Assembly (NCBI GenBank): GCA_977020255.1
Contig: CDROCS010000882.1
Span: 1-64,000 of the forward strand
Length of the DNA: 64,000 nucleotides
Source of the DNA: Obrimoposthia wandeli
Lineage: Eukaryota
Direction of reading: 5' to 3'
Part shown: positions 51,240 to 61,753 of the stretch, piece after piece
Numbering within the stretch: position 1 is the first letter of the stretch
How the letters are laid out: every line of letters starts with the position of its first letter
The notes under the pieces: model-generated
The model's database searches: none
Told to the model about the DNA's origin: nothing
The model's input: the letters and a program-made list of their open reading frames with translations, nothing else
Position numbers and translations under genes: made by a program

Positions 51240-51923
51240 TTGAAACTCAGTAAAAGATTACAACATATTGAGCAAATGATCCCCGCTGGCTATAGCCATA
51301 TTTGGGATTGCTGTTGCGATCATGGTTTGTTGGGGGCAAGCTTATTGTCTAACCAAGTTGCACCGAATATACATTTTGTTGATATCGTTCCTGAGCTGAT
51401 GACAACGGTGAAAAGCAAATTAGAAAAGTTCTATGGTAACTCGGCTTCTGCTTGGCAAACACATTGTCTCGATGTGGAAAAATTACCTTTATCTCAATAC
51501 CAAGGCAAGCATTTGATCATTATTGCAGGGGTTGGCGGCGATTTAATATTGCAATTTATCAATGAGATTTATCGCCAACATGCTCAACTAGAACTTGATT
51601 TTATATTGTGTCCGGTTAATCAACAATATGATGTTCGCCAGAGGCTGATAGCATTAAATTTTAGTTTGAAAAATGAAGTACTAGTAGAAGAAAATCGACG
51701 TTTTTATGAAGTGATGTTCGTTTCATCAATAAGTGATGAAGCTCATAAGGTAAGTACTGTTGGAGATAATATTTGGCGTTCAACTAGCGCCGAGCAAACA
51801 CAAGTAGTAAAAAAATATTTAGAGAAAACATTGAGTCATTACACTCGAGTTCAGCAGGGGAATACTGATAATGTTGACGACATTATTAGCGCCTATCAAA
51901 GCAAAACTGTAATGCTCACTTAG
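51240..51923 (+). CDS. tRNA (adenine(22)-N1)-methyltransferase family (TrmK-like)
   Basis: LSKRL, WDCCCDHGLLG, IAGVGG and ENRRFYEV. Confidence 0.82.
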   Translation: MKLSKRLQHIEQMIPAGYSHIWDCCCDHGLLGASLLSNQVAPNIHFVDIVPELMTTVKSKLEKFYGNSASAWQTHCLDVEKLPLSQYQGKHLIIIAGVGGDLILQFINEIYRQHAQLELDFILCPVNQQYDVRQRLIALNFSLKNEVLVEENRRFYEVMFVSSISDEAHKVSTVGDNIWRSTSAEQTQVVKKYLEKTLSHYTRVQQGNTDNVDDIISAYQSKTVMLT

Positions 51924-52058
51924 TGCTTTAGTGCTTATTGAGTGAGGGTATTAGTCGTTCGGCTTTCTAAACGAACAATATTCATCATGAGCATAACGAA
52001 TTAACTGTATGTTCGGCATTAACGACAAATTATCAGAACAATTTTTTTATGTCTTACT

Positions 52059-52305
52059 TTAAAGTGGCTTTAAACGTTTAGCTATACCATGAAAATGGAT
52101 TGGACCTCCTGACATTGTAGGGTTCATTTGAAAATCAATAGCAATTATTTCCCAGCCATCTGCGCCTAAAGTATGTAAATAAGCTTCGGTCTGAGCAAGG
52201 TTCTTCCCTTGAGGAAACCACCTTTTTCAGCCTTAGCTGAATTAATTATTGAGCATTATTTTAGTAATGTATTTAACAAGTTATCAGTAATAAATATTCT
52301 GTTCA
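52059..52305 (-). pseudogene. Degraded small ORF, DUF4177-like remnant
   Basis: Minus-strand pieces EKGGFLKGRTL and AQTEAYLHTLGADGWEII...AKRLKPL* lie in different frames; GGAGG upstream with no intact start. Confidence 0.4.
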
Positions 52306-52381
52306 GCCTCCTTTGCAATCTATTCGTTGTCGGTGACATATTAAAACTATTGAATTGTTTTTATTCTAGTGCAATGATGAA

Positions 52382-52816
52382 ATGACTATTGAAGTTCGAT
52401 TGGAAAAGCTATTGCTCGTAATACATGGTGAATATGATATTAAAGTTAGTAAAGGCATCATTAAAGTAACTGTTTCTGGTGCTTTTAACGATCTTGGTGC
52501 TAAAGCATTAACAACCGAGTTGAAAGCGGTTATTGTGGCACTTAATGATACCCCGTTTGTTATGCTTGGTGATTTACTTGATTTTAATGGTGGTACACCT
52601 GAAGTTTTTGCCGAGTCAGATGATTTTAATACTTGGCTCAATAGCCAAAATATGATTGCTAAAGCATTGATATTTACTTCACCTATTCACATCGCGATCG
52701 AAAAATCATTGGTAACATCAAAAGCTAAACAAAATATTCAATATTTTGAAGACGAACATGCTGCATTGAAATGGCTGGATGCTCAAATTGATAAGTTCAA
52801 TGCTAAATTGGCGTAA
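52382..52816 (+). CDS. Hypothetical protein, STAS/SEC14-like
   Basis: 144 aa; ends FEDEHAALKWL, typical of this small alpha/beta family. Confidence 0.55.
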   Translation: MTIEVRLEKLLLVIHGEYDIKVSKGIIKVTVSGAFNDLGAKALTTELKAVIVALNDTPFVMLGDLLDFNGGTPEVFAESDDFNTWLNSQNMIAKALIFTSPIHIAIEKSLVTSKAKQNIQYFEDEHAALKWLDAQIDKFNAKLA

Positions 52817-53052
52817 ATTAAACTCAATTGTTAATAATTGTACCGTGATTATATTAGATTCTATATTTTTTATTTATAGGGTTAAGCTTTAAGTTACTGT
52901 AAATATGTAGTTTTTATTGTTTTGAAGCTTTAAAACTTATCAATATTTAAAAAGTCTATTTTGCTATTAGCCAACTATGTTCACACCTTCGCAGTTGATA
53001 GCGATTAATAATTAACTTACACTGCTGTTTCATTTTTAAAAGAGTTGCCGCT

Positions 53053-53430
53053 GTGTTTAATCGTTTGTTAATACTAATGTTTGCCCTATTGTTTGCTAGC
53101 CAAACAATTGCTGCTGCATTTGATTCACACACTAACCATCAAACAGTGAACACCTCGCAAAACTTGTCTCATCTTAATTTAGATAAATCACATAAATCCC
53201 ATCAAGAAGGTGCATTCGTTGCTGCTAAAAGCAATCTTGATGCTGATGGTGAACAACAAGAAAAGTTTGATTGTCATCATTGTTGCCATTGTCACGCGCC
53301 AACCGGCCTTTACATCGGCAGTAGTATCGCCGGCAATTTAATACATAAAAGTACAATGAATGTTTTAACAGGTAAAACTGCATTATTGTCACTTTGGTTA
53401 ACACCTGCGCAACGCCCTCCAATAGTTTAA
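53053..53430 (+). CDS. Exported Cys/His-rich protein (CzcI/DUF2946-like) upstream of the metal-efflux genes
   Basis: Signal peptide, DCHHCCHCH motif, C-terminal RPP. Confidence 0.72.
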   Translation: MFNRLLILMFALLFASQTIAAAFDSHTNHQTVNTSQNLSHLNLDKSHKSHQEGAFVAAKSNLDADGEQQEKFDCHHCCHCHAPTGLYIGSSIAGNLIHKSTMNVLTGKTALLSLWLTPAQRPPIV

Positions 53431-53899
53431 AACTTACCCTTATAATTCCCTGTCAGTAATAAATTTACTGATGAATGGGCATACAACTTTGTAGTTCGAG
53501 TGAGTTTATTTATTCGTTATATCGCCTGAATTTTGCGTAACTGCTAACCAGAACATTAAATTACGAGTTTATTGTGTTACTTGATAAAGCTAAATAGCCT
53601 AAGACGGTAAGGTACTAAAATTATCACTGTGATAACGGTTGATTTAGTGTCTATGTATTCTGTTTAAGTACCTATGGATTTATTTATGTTTGTTTTACAA
53701 ATATATATTAGCTTTTTTATCCGTCACAAAAGCGAAAATTTAATCGCATTGATGTCAAATCAGTGGCCGTGGTTGCACTAAATACACATTCAGCATATTC
53801 ACATGTTAGGCCTATTTAAGCCTGATTTGGCCTAAACAGCCGTAAATAAGCACAATAACTCGCACTATAGTCTTAAATTTCGTTATTAAGAGTATTAAC

Positions 53900-55183
53900 A
53901 TGAGTAAGTTCAATTTCAACTCCAGCCTTAGTTGGTATCAACCTCAGATTCAGCGTCATAAAATTAGCCTAGGTTACCTTTGTGTAGCGACATTATTGAC
54001 CATTTTTTCAATCAATAGTTTTGCCGCAAAAACTCCAATATTATCTCCTCAATTAAGCCGTGTAGCGTCGGATACTCATACCGGTCATCAGCACGAAAAC
54101 ATAAGTGTCGATAGGATTAAATTAGCAACTAAACCTGCTACAGATGAAAATGCGCACGAAGAAGGTATTAGTTTCAGTGCTGCAAAAATGGCCATAGCAG
54201 GTATTGAAGTGGGCGCAATATCACCGAAAGTTTTTGCTCAACAGGTCTACGCACCAGGTGAGATCAAAGCGAATGGTTATAAAAGTTATATTGTTTCACC
54301 GCGCACTGAGTCGGTTGTGGTTTCTCGTCACGCGACACTTGGGCAGCATGTTGAAAAGGGCGATGCGTTAGTTACGTTATTTAGTGAATCTGTTGCAGAA
54401 GCACAAGCGACTTATCGTGTTGCTTACAATGACTGGCAGCGGAATAAAAAACTCGGTAAAGCAACGGTGAGCGAAAGTCGTCTATTGAGCGCTCAAACAG
54501 ATTATATTTCTGCTTATAGTCGCTTAAAAGCTTTTGGTTTAACTGAAACGGCTATTGCGCAAGTAGTAAAGGGTGATTTATCGAACGCAGATTTAGGTGA
54601 GCTTGGAGAGTATACGTTAATAGCTCAACGTGAAGGTGCGGTATTAAGTGATGATTTTTATCAAGGACAACGCGTGTCAGCAGGTGATGCCATCATGGTG
54701 CTTGCTGATGAAAGCGAACTTTGGGTCGAAGCTCGGGTATCACCGAACAAGCAATTAAACTTACCTAAGGGCACTGAAGCGATTATTGAAATGGCAGAGC
54801 AATTCTTTGTCGCTACCGTCATTCAAGAAGCACACACCATTGATCCCAAAACCCGTACACGCATTATTCGTTTAGCGGTTAAGAATGAATATGATCGGTT
54901 ACATCCGGGCATGTTTGTTAATGTAAATTTTAGTTTTGCAACAGACGCGACAGTAATGGCAGTACCTGAATCAGCACTGATGCGCTCAAGCGACGGTGAT
55001 TGGACGGTATTTATTGAAGATCACCCGGGCGAATTTAAGGCGGTTGAAATTGAATTAGGCCGCTCGTTAGGCGCGTATCGTGAAATATTAGGCTTAGCAC
55101 CAGGCAGCCGTATTGTCACGAAAGGGGCTTTTTTTGTTGCCTCTGAAATAGCAAAAGGCGGTTTTGACCCGCACAACCATTAA
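53900..55183 (+). CDS. czcB: Heavy-metal RND efflux periplasmic adaptor (CzcB/CusB family)
   Basis: His-rich N-terminus, lipoyl-like halves, DPKTRT, LHPGMFV, AVPESA and C-terminal FDPHNH. Confidence 0.85.
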   Translation: MSKFNFNSSLSWYQPQIQRHKISLGYLCVATLLTIFSINSFAAKTPILSPQLSRVASDTHTGHQHENISVDRIKLATKPATDENAHEEGISFSAAKMAIAGIEVGAISPKVFAQQVYAPGEIKANGYKSYIVSPRTESVVVSRHATLGQHVEKGDALVTLFSESVAEAQATYRVAYNDWQRNKKLGKATVSESRLLSAQTDYISAYSRLKAFGLTETAIAQVVKGDLSNADLGELGEYTLIAQREGAVLSDDFYQGQRVSAGDAIMVLADESELWVEARVSPNKQLNLPKGTEAIIEMAEQFFVATVIQEAHTIDPKTRTRIIRLAVKNEYDRLHPGMFVNVNFSFATDATVMAVPESALMRSSDGDWTVFIEDHPGEFKAVEIELGRSLGAYREILGLAPGSRIVTKGAFFVASEIAKGGFDPHNH

Positions 55184-55217
55184 TTTATTAATAGCGAAGA
55201 AGTAGGAGCAGAATATT

Positions 55218-58200
55218 ATGTTTAATAAAATAATAGATTTTTCTGTCAATAATCGCCTATTGGTGATGTTGATGTTAGTGGCAACGCTTATTGGGTCGGT
55301 ATTTATTATTCCAACATTGAATTTGGATGCTTTCCCTGATGTCACGAATGTACAGGTGGCGGTGAATACCGAAGCGCCGGGCTTAGCGGCCGAGGAAGTA
55401 GAGCAATTAATTACTTATCCTATTGAAGCGGTAATGTACGCTATGCCTGATGTTGAGCAAGTACGTTCAATTTCAAAAACGGGCTTGTCAGGGGTAACGG
55501 TAGTTTTTAAAGAGGGTACCGATATTTATTTTGCCCGTCAGTTAGTGTTTGAGCGTTTACAAGCCGCAAAAGAATTAATACCTGTGGGTGTGGGCACCCC
55601 CGAAATGGGTCCTAATACCTCAGGTTTAGGGCAAGTATTTCAGTATTTATTAATTGCCGATAAAGACTCTGGTTACGACTCTATGGCGTTAAGGAGCTTA
55701 AATGATTGGCTTGTTAAGTTGATGGTAATGCCTGTTGATGGTGTCACTGATGTCCTCTCGTTTGGCGGTAATGTACGTCAATACCAAGTAAATATTGAAC
55801 CGAGTAAATTACTGTCATACGAGCTTACGCAAGACGATATTGTAAGCGCTTTAGATAACAACAATAGCAATGTTGGTGGTTGGTACATGAACCGCGGTCA
55901 AGAACAGCTTGTGGTTCGTGGTACCGGTTGGTTTAGTGGCGGCGAATCAGGTATTACTGATATTAAGCAAGTGCCAGTTAAAACTGTTGATGGCACGGTG
56001 ATCACCGTTGCCGATGTTGCCACGGTTGAGCTTGGCAGCGAAATTCGCCAAGGCGCAGTGACCATGACTCGACGTAACGCACAGGGCGATATTGAAAGTT
56101 TAGGTGAAGTGGTTTCTGGCATTGTGCTTAAGCGTATGGGCGCGAATACAAAATCGACTATTGATGGCATTAATGCCCGTTTACCATTAATCGAACAAGC
56201 GTTACCGAAAGGCGTGAGCTTTGAACCTTTTTATGATCAATCTGACTTAATTGTTAAAGCGGTCGATACGGTCGTTACTTCACTTATTCTGGCCTTTATC
56301 TTTATTTCAATTGTGCTTGCTTTGTTTTTAATGAACTTGCGCGCGACTTTTTTAGTATTGATTTCAATTCCTATTTCTATCGCGATCACCTTAATGATCA
56401 TGGCTTATTTAGGTTTGTCGGCGAATTTAATGTCATTGGGCGGCATAGCAGTCGCCATTGGTATGTTAGTTGACGGCTCGGTTGTGATGGTTGAAAACAT
56501 GTTTAAACATCTTAATCGACTTGATGATACGCATGTAAACTCAGCAATTGCACGTAACGAACACAACAATGATCCGCATGACGTCGCACATGACAGGGCC
56601 GGTATTCCTTTAAGGCTTAAACAAGCAGGTAAAGAAGTTGCTCGACCGGTATTTTTTGCCGCAGCGATTATTTTAGTGGTATTTATGCCGTTATTTAGTT
56701 TTGAAGGTGTTGAGGCTAAGCTATTTCAACCAATGGCGATTAGTATTATTTTAGCGGTGATATCGGCTATTTTTGTCGCCTTAATCATAGTGCCAGCCAT
56801 AGCAACCTATATGTTTAAAAATGGCGTTAAGGAACGTGAAAGTTTTATTTTACGTCCGCTTGACCGTTGGTATCGCAAAAGTTTAGCGCTGGCGATGCAA
56901 CATACCAACGTTGTTATTGCGAGCTCATTGATATTGCTTTTGAGTGCGATAGCCTTAGTGCCACAAATAGGCACTGAATTTGTGCCAGAGTTGGAAGAGG
57001 GCACGATTAACCTTCGGGCGACATTGGCTCCTTCTTCAAGCTTAGCTACTGCCTTGCAAGTTGCGCCTATTTTAGAAGAAAAACTGATGGCTTTTCCTGA
57101 GGTAAATTATGCTTTAAGTCGAATGGGGCGAGCAGAAATCGGTGGTGATCCAGAGCCGGTCAATAACATCGAAATTTACATCGGCTTGAAGCCAGTAAGT
57201 GAGTGGACAAGTGCTAGCGATCGTTATGAACTACAGCGTTTAATGGCAATAGAGTTAGCGCAATTTCCAGGGCTGTTACTTAATTTTTCACAACCGATCG
57301 CCACCCGTGTTGACGAATTACTCTCGGGCGTAAAAGCGCAATTAGCGATTAAACTATTCGGTCCTGATTTAGACGTACTAGCGCTAAAAGGGCAAGAAAT
57401 AGCAGCCGCAATAAAGGCGGTAGATGGCGCGCGTGATGTCGCTATGGAGCAAATTGTTGGTGAAGCGCAATTAGTGATCAAGCCTAATCGACAACAATTG
57501 TCTCGTTTTGGTTTTTCTGTTGGTGATGTTATGTCACTAGTGAGAGATGGCATTGGCGGCACAACGGCAGGGCAAGTGATTAATGGTAACGAACGTTATG
57601 ATATTTATGTCCGTTTACAGGAGAAAAATCGTAATAGTCGCGATGCGATTGCAGAGTTACGGTTACAGTCGCCAACGGGAGCTTGGGTGCGTTTAGGAGA
57701 TATTGCTGATATTTCGCTTGAATCTGGTCCGCCACAAGTGCGTCGTGATGACGTTCAACGTCGAGTGGTGATTCAAGCAAATGTACAAGACCGAGACATG
57801 GGCAGTGTTGTCGCTGATATTCGGGCAATTATCGCCGCTAAAGTTGATTTACCTGCCGGCTATTCAGTCGCGATTGGTGGTCAGTTTGAAAACCAGCAGC
57901 GTGCACAAGCGCGTTTAGCCATCGTGCTACCAGTGTCATTAGGTTTAATCGCTTTATTATTATATTTTGCTTTTGGCTCGACAGGTCAAGCCATGCTAAT
58001 TTTAGTCAATGTACCGCTAGCTATTATTGGTGGGGTGTTCTCATTATATATTTCAGGGCAATACTTATCGGTGCCAAGCTCGGTGGGTTTTATTACTTTG
58101 TTTGGTGTTGCTGTGTTAAATGGCGTGGTAATGGTTGAAAGTATTAATCAACGTATTCAAGATGGCTTAGCAATATCAACAGCGGTATTTGAAGGGGCAA

Positions 58201-58415
58201 CATCGCGTTTACGACCCGTGTTGATGACCGCAATAACCTCAGCGTTGGGCCTAATTCCTATGTTAATGTCTAATGGTGTTGGCGCTGAAATTCAACGACC
58301 TTTAGCGAGTGTTATTGTTGGTGGTTTGGTAACGGCAACATTACTGACTTTGTTTGTGTTACCGGTGCTGTTTAGTTGGTTTTCAAAAGCGAAAATAGCA
58401 GAGCTAAAACGTTAG
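55218..58415 (+). CDS. czcA: Heavy-metal RND efflux permease (CzcA/CusA family)
   Basis: LDAFPDVTNVQV, GMLVDGSVVMVEN, PELEEG and RLRPVLMTA. Confidence 0.9.
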   Translation: MFNKIIDFSVNNRLLVMLMLVATLIGSVFIIPTLNLDAFPDVTNVQVAVNTEAPGLAAEEVEQLITYPIEAVMYAMPDVEQVRSISKTGLSGVTVVFKEGTDIYFARQLVFERLQAAKELIPVGVGTPEMGPNTSGLGQVFQYLLIADKDSGYDSMALRSLNDWLVKLMVMPVDGVTDVLSFGGNVRQYQVNIEPSKLLSYELTQDDIVSALDNNNSNVGGWYMNRGQEQLVVRGTGWFSGGESGITDIKQVPVKTVDGTVITVADVATVELGSEIRQGAVTMTRRNAQGDIESLGEVVSGIVLKRMGANTKSTIDGINARLPLIEQALPKGVSFEPFYDQSDLIVKAVDTVVTSLILAFIFISIVLALFLMNLRATFLVLISIPISIAITLMIMAYLGLSANLMSLGGIAVAIGMLVDGSVVMVENMFKHLNRLDDTHVNSAIARNEHNNDPHDVAHDRAGIPLRLKQAGKEVARPVFFAAAIILVVFMPLFSFEGVEAKLFQPMAISIILAVISAIFVALIIVPAIATYMFKNGVKERESFILRPLDRWYRKSLALAMQHTNVVIASSLILLLSAIALVPQIGTEFVPELEEGTINLRATLAPSSSLATALQVAPILEEKLMAFPEVNYALSRMGRAEIGGDPEPVNNIEIYIGLKPVSEWTSASDRYELQRLMAIELAQFPGLLLNFSQPIATRVDELLSGVKAQLAIKLFGPDLDVLALKGQEIAAAIKAVDGARDVAMEQIVGEAQLVIKPNRQQLSRFGFSVGDVMSLVRDGIGGTTAGQVINGNERYDIYVRLQEKNRNSRDAIAELRLQSPTGAWVRLGDIADISLESGPPQVRRDDVQRRVVIQANVQDRDMGSVVADIRAIIAAKVDLPAGYSVAIGGQFENQQRAQARLAIVLPVSLGLIALLLYFAFGSTGQAMLILVNVPLAIIGGVFSLYISGQYLSVPSSVGFITLFGVAVLNGVVMVESINQRIQDGLAISTAVFEGATSRLRPVLMTAITSALGLIPMLMSNGVGAEIQRPLASVIVGGLVTATLLTLFVLPVLFSWFSKAKIAELKR

Positions 58416-58506
58416 TTAAAGAATCGTTTTGGGTAGCGTGAATAAAGCTAATATTGCTCTTATTCACGCTGTTTTCATCAAGTTTAAGGTATTTTAAGAG
58501 GTAGAA

Positions 58507-59787
58507 ATGTCTGATCCTACAACTAACGGCTATAAAAATGAGCCGTCTCATCAGTCTGCTGAAAGTGCTGTGCATGGGACTAACCATGATGATTCTCACC
58601 AAGGTGGTCATGAACATAATCTTAATCAAAAGCACAGCCATACTCATAGCCACAGTCACAGCCATTCCGGTAATGGCAAGTTAACCATCGCGGTTTTTAT
58701 TAATGTGATTTTAACCGTTGTGCAAATTATTGGTGGCGTACTTTCGGGGAGCTTGTCATTAATTGCCGATGCCCTGCATAATTTAAGTGATGCTGGCGCG
58801 ATTGTTATTGCTATTTTTGCTCGTAAAATTTCGGCTAAAAAAGCAGATGAAAACATGACTTTTGGTTATCAAAGGGCTGAAATTATTGGCACCTTGATAA
58901 ATAGTATTACCCTGATTATTGTTGGTCTTTATCTTATCTACGAAGCCGTAAGTAAATATTTTAACCCCACCGAAATTAATGGCTGGATAGTAATTTACAT
59001 CGCGGGTGTTGCCTTGGTTATCGATATTGCTACTGCGGTATTAACATATATACCCAAGCCACTTGAAGATGCAGGATTCAGCAAGTCGAGAAAGGGGTAG
59101 CTCCAAGGCATTGATTGAAGAAAATGGTTGTTCCATTGTCGAAATCAATAACGCCGGAGATGCCCCTTTATCGCCTTGCCCGAAGGGAGCTAAGCTAGAA
59201 AACCAGCTCCGCGTTGCAGCACTCGATAAGGGAATAACCATTGTCTTCGTGCTGCGCCTTGACCTGATTTCCTAGCTTAGCTCTGAAACTGCATATTCAA
59301 GTGGTTTGGGTATATGTCAGGAGCAAAAAGTAGCATGAATTTACGGGCCGCTTTTATTCATAATGTTTCTGATGCTATGGCATCTGTTGCTGTGATCATT
59401 GCTGGCATGCTGATTATTTTTTATCAATGGTATGTTGTTGATGTGATTGCGACGGTATTAATTTCAGTCTATGTGCTTTATCACGGTGTATTACTCGCTA
59501 CCGAAAGTATTAAAATATTGATGCAAGCTGTGCCTGAAACTTGCGAAATTAATGAACTTAAAGCCGATCTCGAATTAAATTTATCGGTTGATCGTGCCTT
59601 TGATATTCATGTTTGGCAGCTTGATGAACATAAACTTTTTTTAGAATGCAAATTACAACTGGCAGCGCATGTTAACACAGTAAATTTAGCCGAAATCAAA
59701 GCCATGCTAGCAAGTAAATATGGTATTAAACACTCAACTATTGAAGTTAATCTCGCAGGTGAAATACTAGAGAATAGTTGTTACTAG
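58507..59787 (+). pseudogene. czcD: Cation diffusion facilitator (CzcD/ZitB family) interrupted by a MITE
   Basis: His-rich N-terminus, ADALHNLSD, TFGYQRAE, then RAAFIHNVSD in the downstream piece; removing 59051-59312 plus one TA restores LTY-MSGAKS in frame. Confidence 0.9.
59051..59312 (+). mobile_element. ERIC-like MITE family 1, copy E (262 bp, no extra modules), inserted in czcD
   Basis: TA(59049-50)-TACCCAAGCCACTTGAAGATGCAG...CTGCATATTCAAGTGGTTTGGGTA-TA(59313-14). Confidence 0.95.
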
Positions 59788-59946
59788 AGTTGTGCTGTTT
59801 GCCCGTTAATCATCGATATTATCGCTTGCTAAGGTCATATTTTTTCTAGTAATCTAGCTTTAAGCTGTTTTGTTTTTCAAGTTGATTCTATTTTGAATAT
59901 TATCAATGCGTGAGTTTGCTTTCATTGTACTGTAATGGGGATCGAC

Positions 59947-61389
59947 ATGATGAGTTTTGAACAAGTTATTGCCAGCATTAATAATGTGTTGTGGGGCGAA
60001 GGGCAAGTACTGATATACGTGTTGTTGTTCGCGGGTTTTTGGTTTTCTTATAAACTTAAATTTGTGCAAATTCTCAATTTTCGTCATATGTTTTCTGTTC
60101 TTAAAAACAGTACAAAGAAAGATGAAAACACCACTGGCAGCTCAGGCATAAGTTCACTACAAGCGTTATTTATTGGCTTGTCTGCTCGGGTAGGTACAGG
60201 TAATTTAGCGGGTGTTGCGGTTGCTATATCGCTGGGTGGCAGTGGGGCGATATTTTGGATGTGGGTTATTGCGCTATTAGGTATGGCAACAGGCTTTGCT
60301 GAAAGTATTTTAGGCCAGCTGTACAAAGTGAGCGACGACCATAAAGAATATCGAGGTGGCCCTGCTTATTACATTCAAAAAGGCTTGAACCAGCGATGGT
60401 TAGCCATTTTATTCTCATTATGCTTATTTTTAGGTTATGGCTTTAGCTTTAGCGCGATGCAAGCAAACACCATTGCCGACTCTTTAAATCATGCTTTTAA
60501 TATTCCCAGTATGTACTCCGGCGCGGTTATTACCCTGCTTGCTGGCGCTATTGTGCTTGGTGGATTAAAGCGTATTGCCCGTTTTGCCGAGCTCATTGTA
60601 CCGTTTATGGGCATTGCTTTTATTTTGGTTGCAGTCACGATCACTTTAATGAATATTAGCGCGGTCCCCGCCATGTTGTTCGATATTTTCACTTCCGCTT
60701 TTGGCTTACAAGAAGCCGGAGCGGGCATGTTAGGTGCGGCGATTAAAAATGGTATTCAGCGCGGTTTATATTCTAATGAGGCTGGCGCGGGTAGTGTGCC
60801 TCACGCGGCAGCAAGCGCAAGACCAGTACCGAATCATCCGGTTACCCAAGGTTATGTACAAATGTTAGGCGTGTTTTTAGACACTATGGTGCTATGTACT
60901 TGTACTGCGGTCATTATCCTACTAGCCGATATTAATATTAGTGGTGAAATGGAAGGTATTCGCTTAACGCAAAGTGCGATTACCTATCATTTAGGTGCTA
61001 ACGGAGTGTATTTTGTTTCTGCGGCTATTAGTTTATTTGCTTTCACTTCCGTTGTGGCTAACTACGCTTATGCTGAAAGTAATTTACACTTTTTTAAACT
61101 CGATAATAAAGTGGGGCGCACGTTATATACCGTGATGTATTTGGGCATGGTTTTTTGGGGCTCAAGTGCCAGTTTGAAACAAGTATGGAGTATGGCTGAT
61201 GTTGCATTAGGCTTGATGACCTTGGTCAATGTCATTGCTATTGTGCAACTTACGCCAACGATTGTCGCCTTAAGTAAAGATTATAATGCCAAACGTAAAA
61301 TGGAAAACGTTAGAGATGCTGATATGGAATTTAAAACCTCAGATATCGAGTTTCAAGGGAAAGTGGAATCCAATATTTGGTGTAAATAA
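59947..61389 (+). CDS. Alanine/glycine:cation symporter family protein (AlsT/AgcS)
   Basis: ARVGTGNLAGVA, GAIFWMW, RGGPAYYI, RGLYSNEAGAGS and FAFTS. Confidence 0.93.
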   Translation: MMSFEQVIASINNVLWGEGQVLIYVLLFAGFWFSYKLKFVQILNFRHMFSVLKNSTKKDENTTGSSGISSLQALFIGLSARVGTGNLAGVAVAISLGGSGAIFWMWVIALLGMATGFAESILGQLYKVSDDHKEYRGGPAYYIQKGLNQRWLAILFSLCLFLGYGFSFSAMQANTIADSLNHAFNIPSMYSGAVITLLAGAIVLGGLKRIARFAELIVPFMGIAFILVAVTITLMNISAVPAMLFDIFTSAFGLQEAGAGMLGAAIKNGIQRGLYSNEAGAGSVPHAAASARPVPNHPVTQGYVQMLGVFLDTMVLCTCTAVIILLADINISGEMEGIRLTQSAITYHLGANGVYFVSAAISLFAFTSVVANYAYAESNLHFFKLDNKVGRTLYTVMYLGMVFWGSSASLKQVWSMADVALGLMTLVNVIAIVQLTPTIVALSKDYNAKRKMENVRDADMEFKTSDIEFQGKVESNIWCK

Positions 61390-61603
61390 GATATTAATTA
61401 CAGGAGAGAATGCTCAGCGTTAGTTCGTTATCTAGCTTTAGCGCAGTGTATTTAGGCCGCTGTATAAAATATAATGCTAAATATTTGTAATTTTTTTTGA
61501 AATCATGACTAGACTGATGCTTGATAGAAATTAAAATCTTCCTATCAAGTGCCATGTCATCAGAAATCTTAATGGTAATTACTCTTATTATATTTCTGTT
61601 TGA

Positions 61604-61617
61604 TTGATTTAAATCAA
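61604..61617. promoter_or_regulatory. Consensus FNR box
   Basis: TTGAT-TTAA-ATCAA. A TGG-TAATAT extended -10 at 61638-61646 fits class II geometry. Confidence 0.7.
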
Positions 61618-61753
61618 AACCTACATTGACGTTGGTATGGTAATATTGTTTTAGCTAACCAACTAAATAACTATTTATTTATCATTGGTTTATGCTTAGC
61701 ATATAACTGTTGATTTAAATAAGATTAAATAACTCATATGAAAAGGATAGCTA

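Noticed and set aside
10613-59275. ORFs 10613..10849, 19983..20228, 32187..32441, 32269..32451, 59041..59241 and 59063..59275, which resemble each other (e.g. ALLISTMEQPFSS)
   Set aside because: They are translations of the MITE family 1 copies, have no clear RBS and have variable ends. They are not a protein family.
59788-59946. Glycine riboswitch expected upstream of the alanine/glycine symporter
   Set aside because: No GGAGA...GAAG / CTCTCAGG aptamer motifs are visible.
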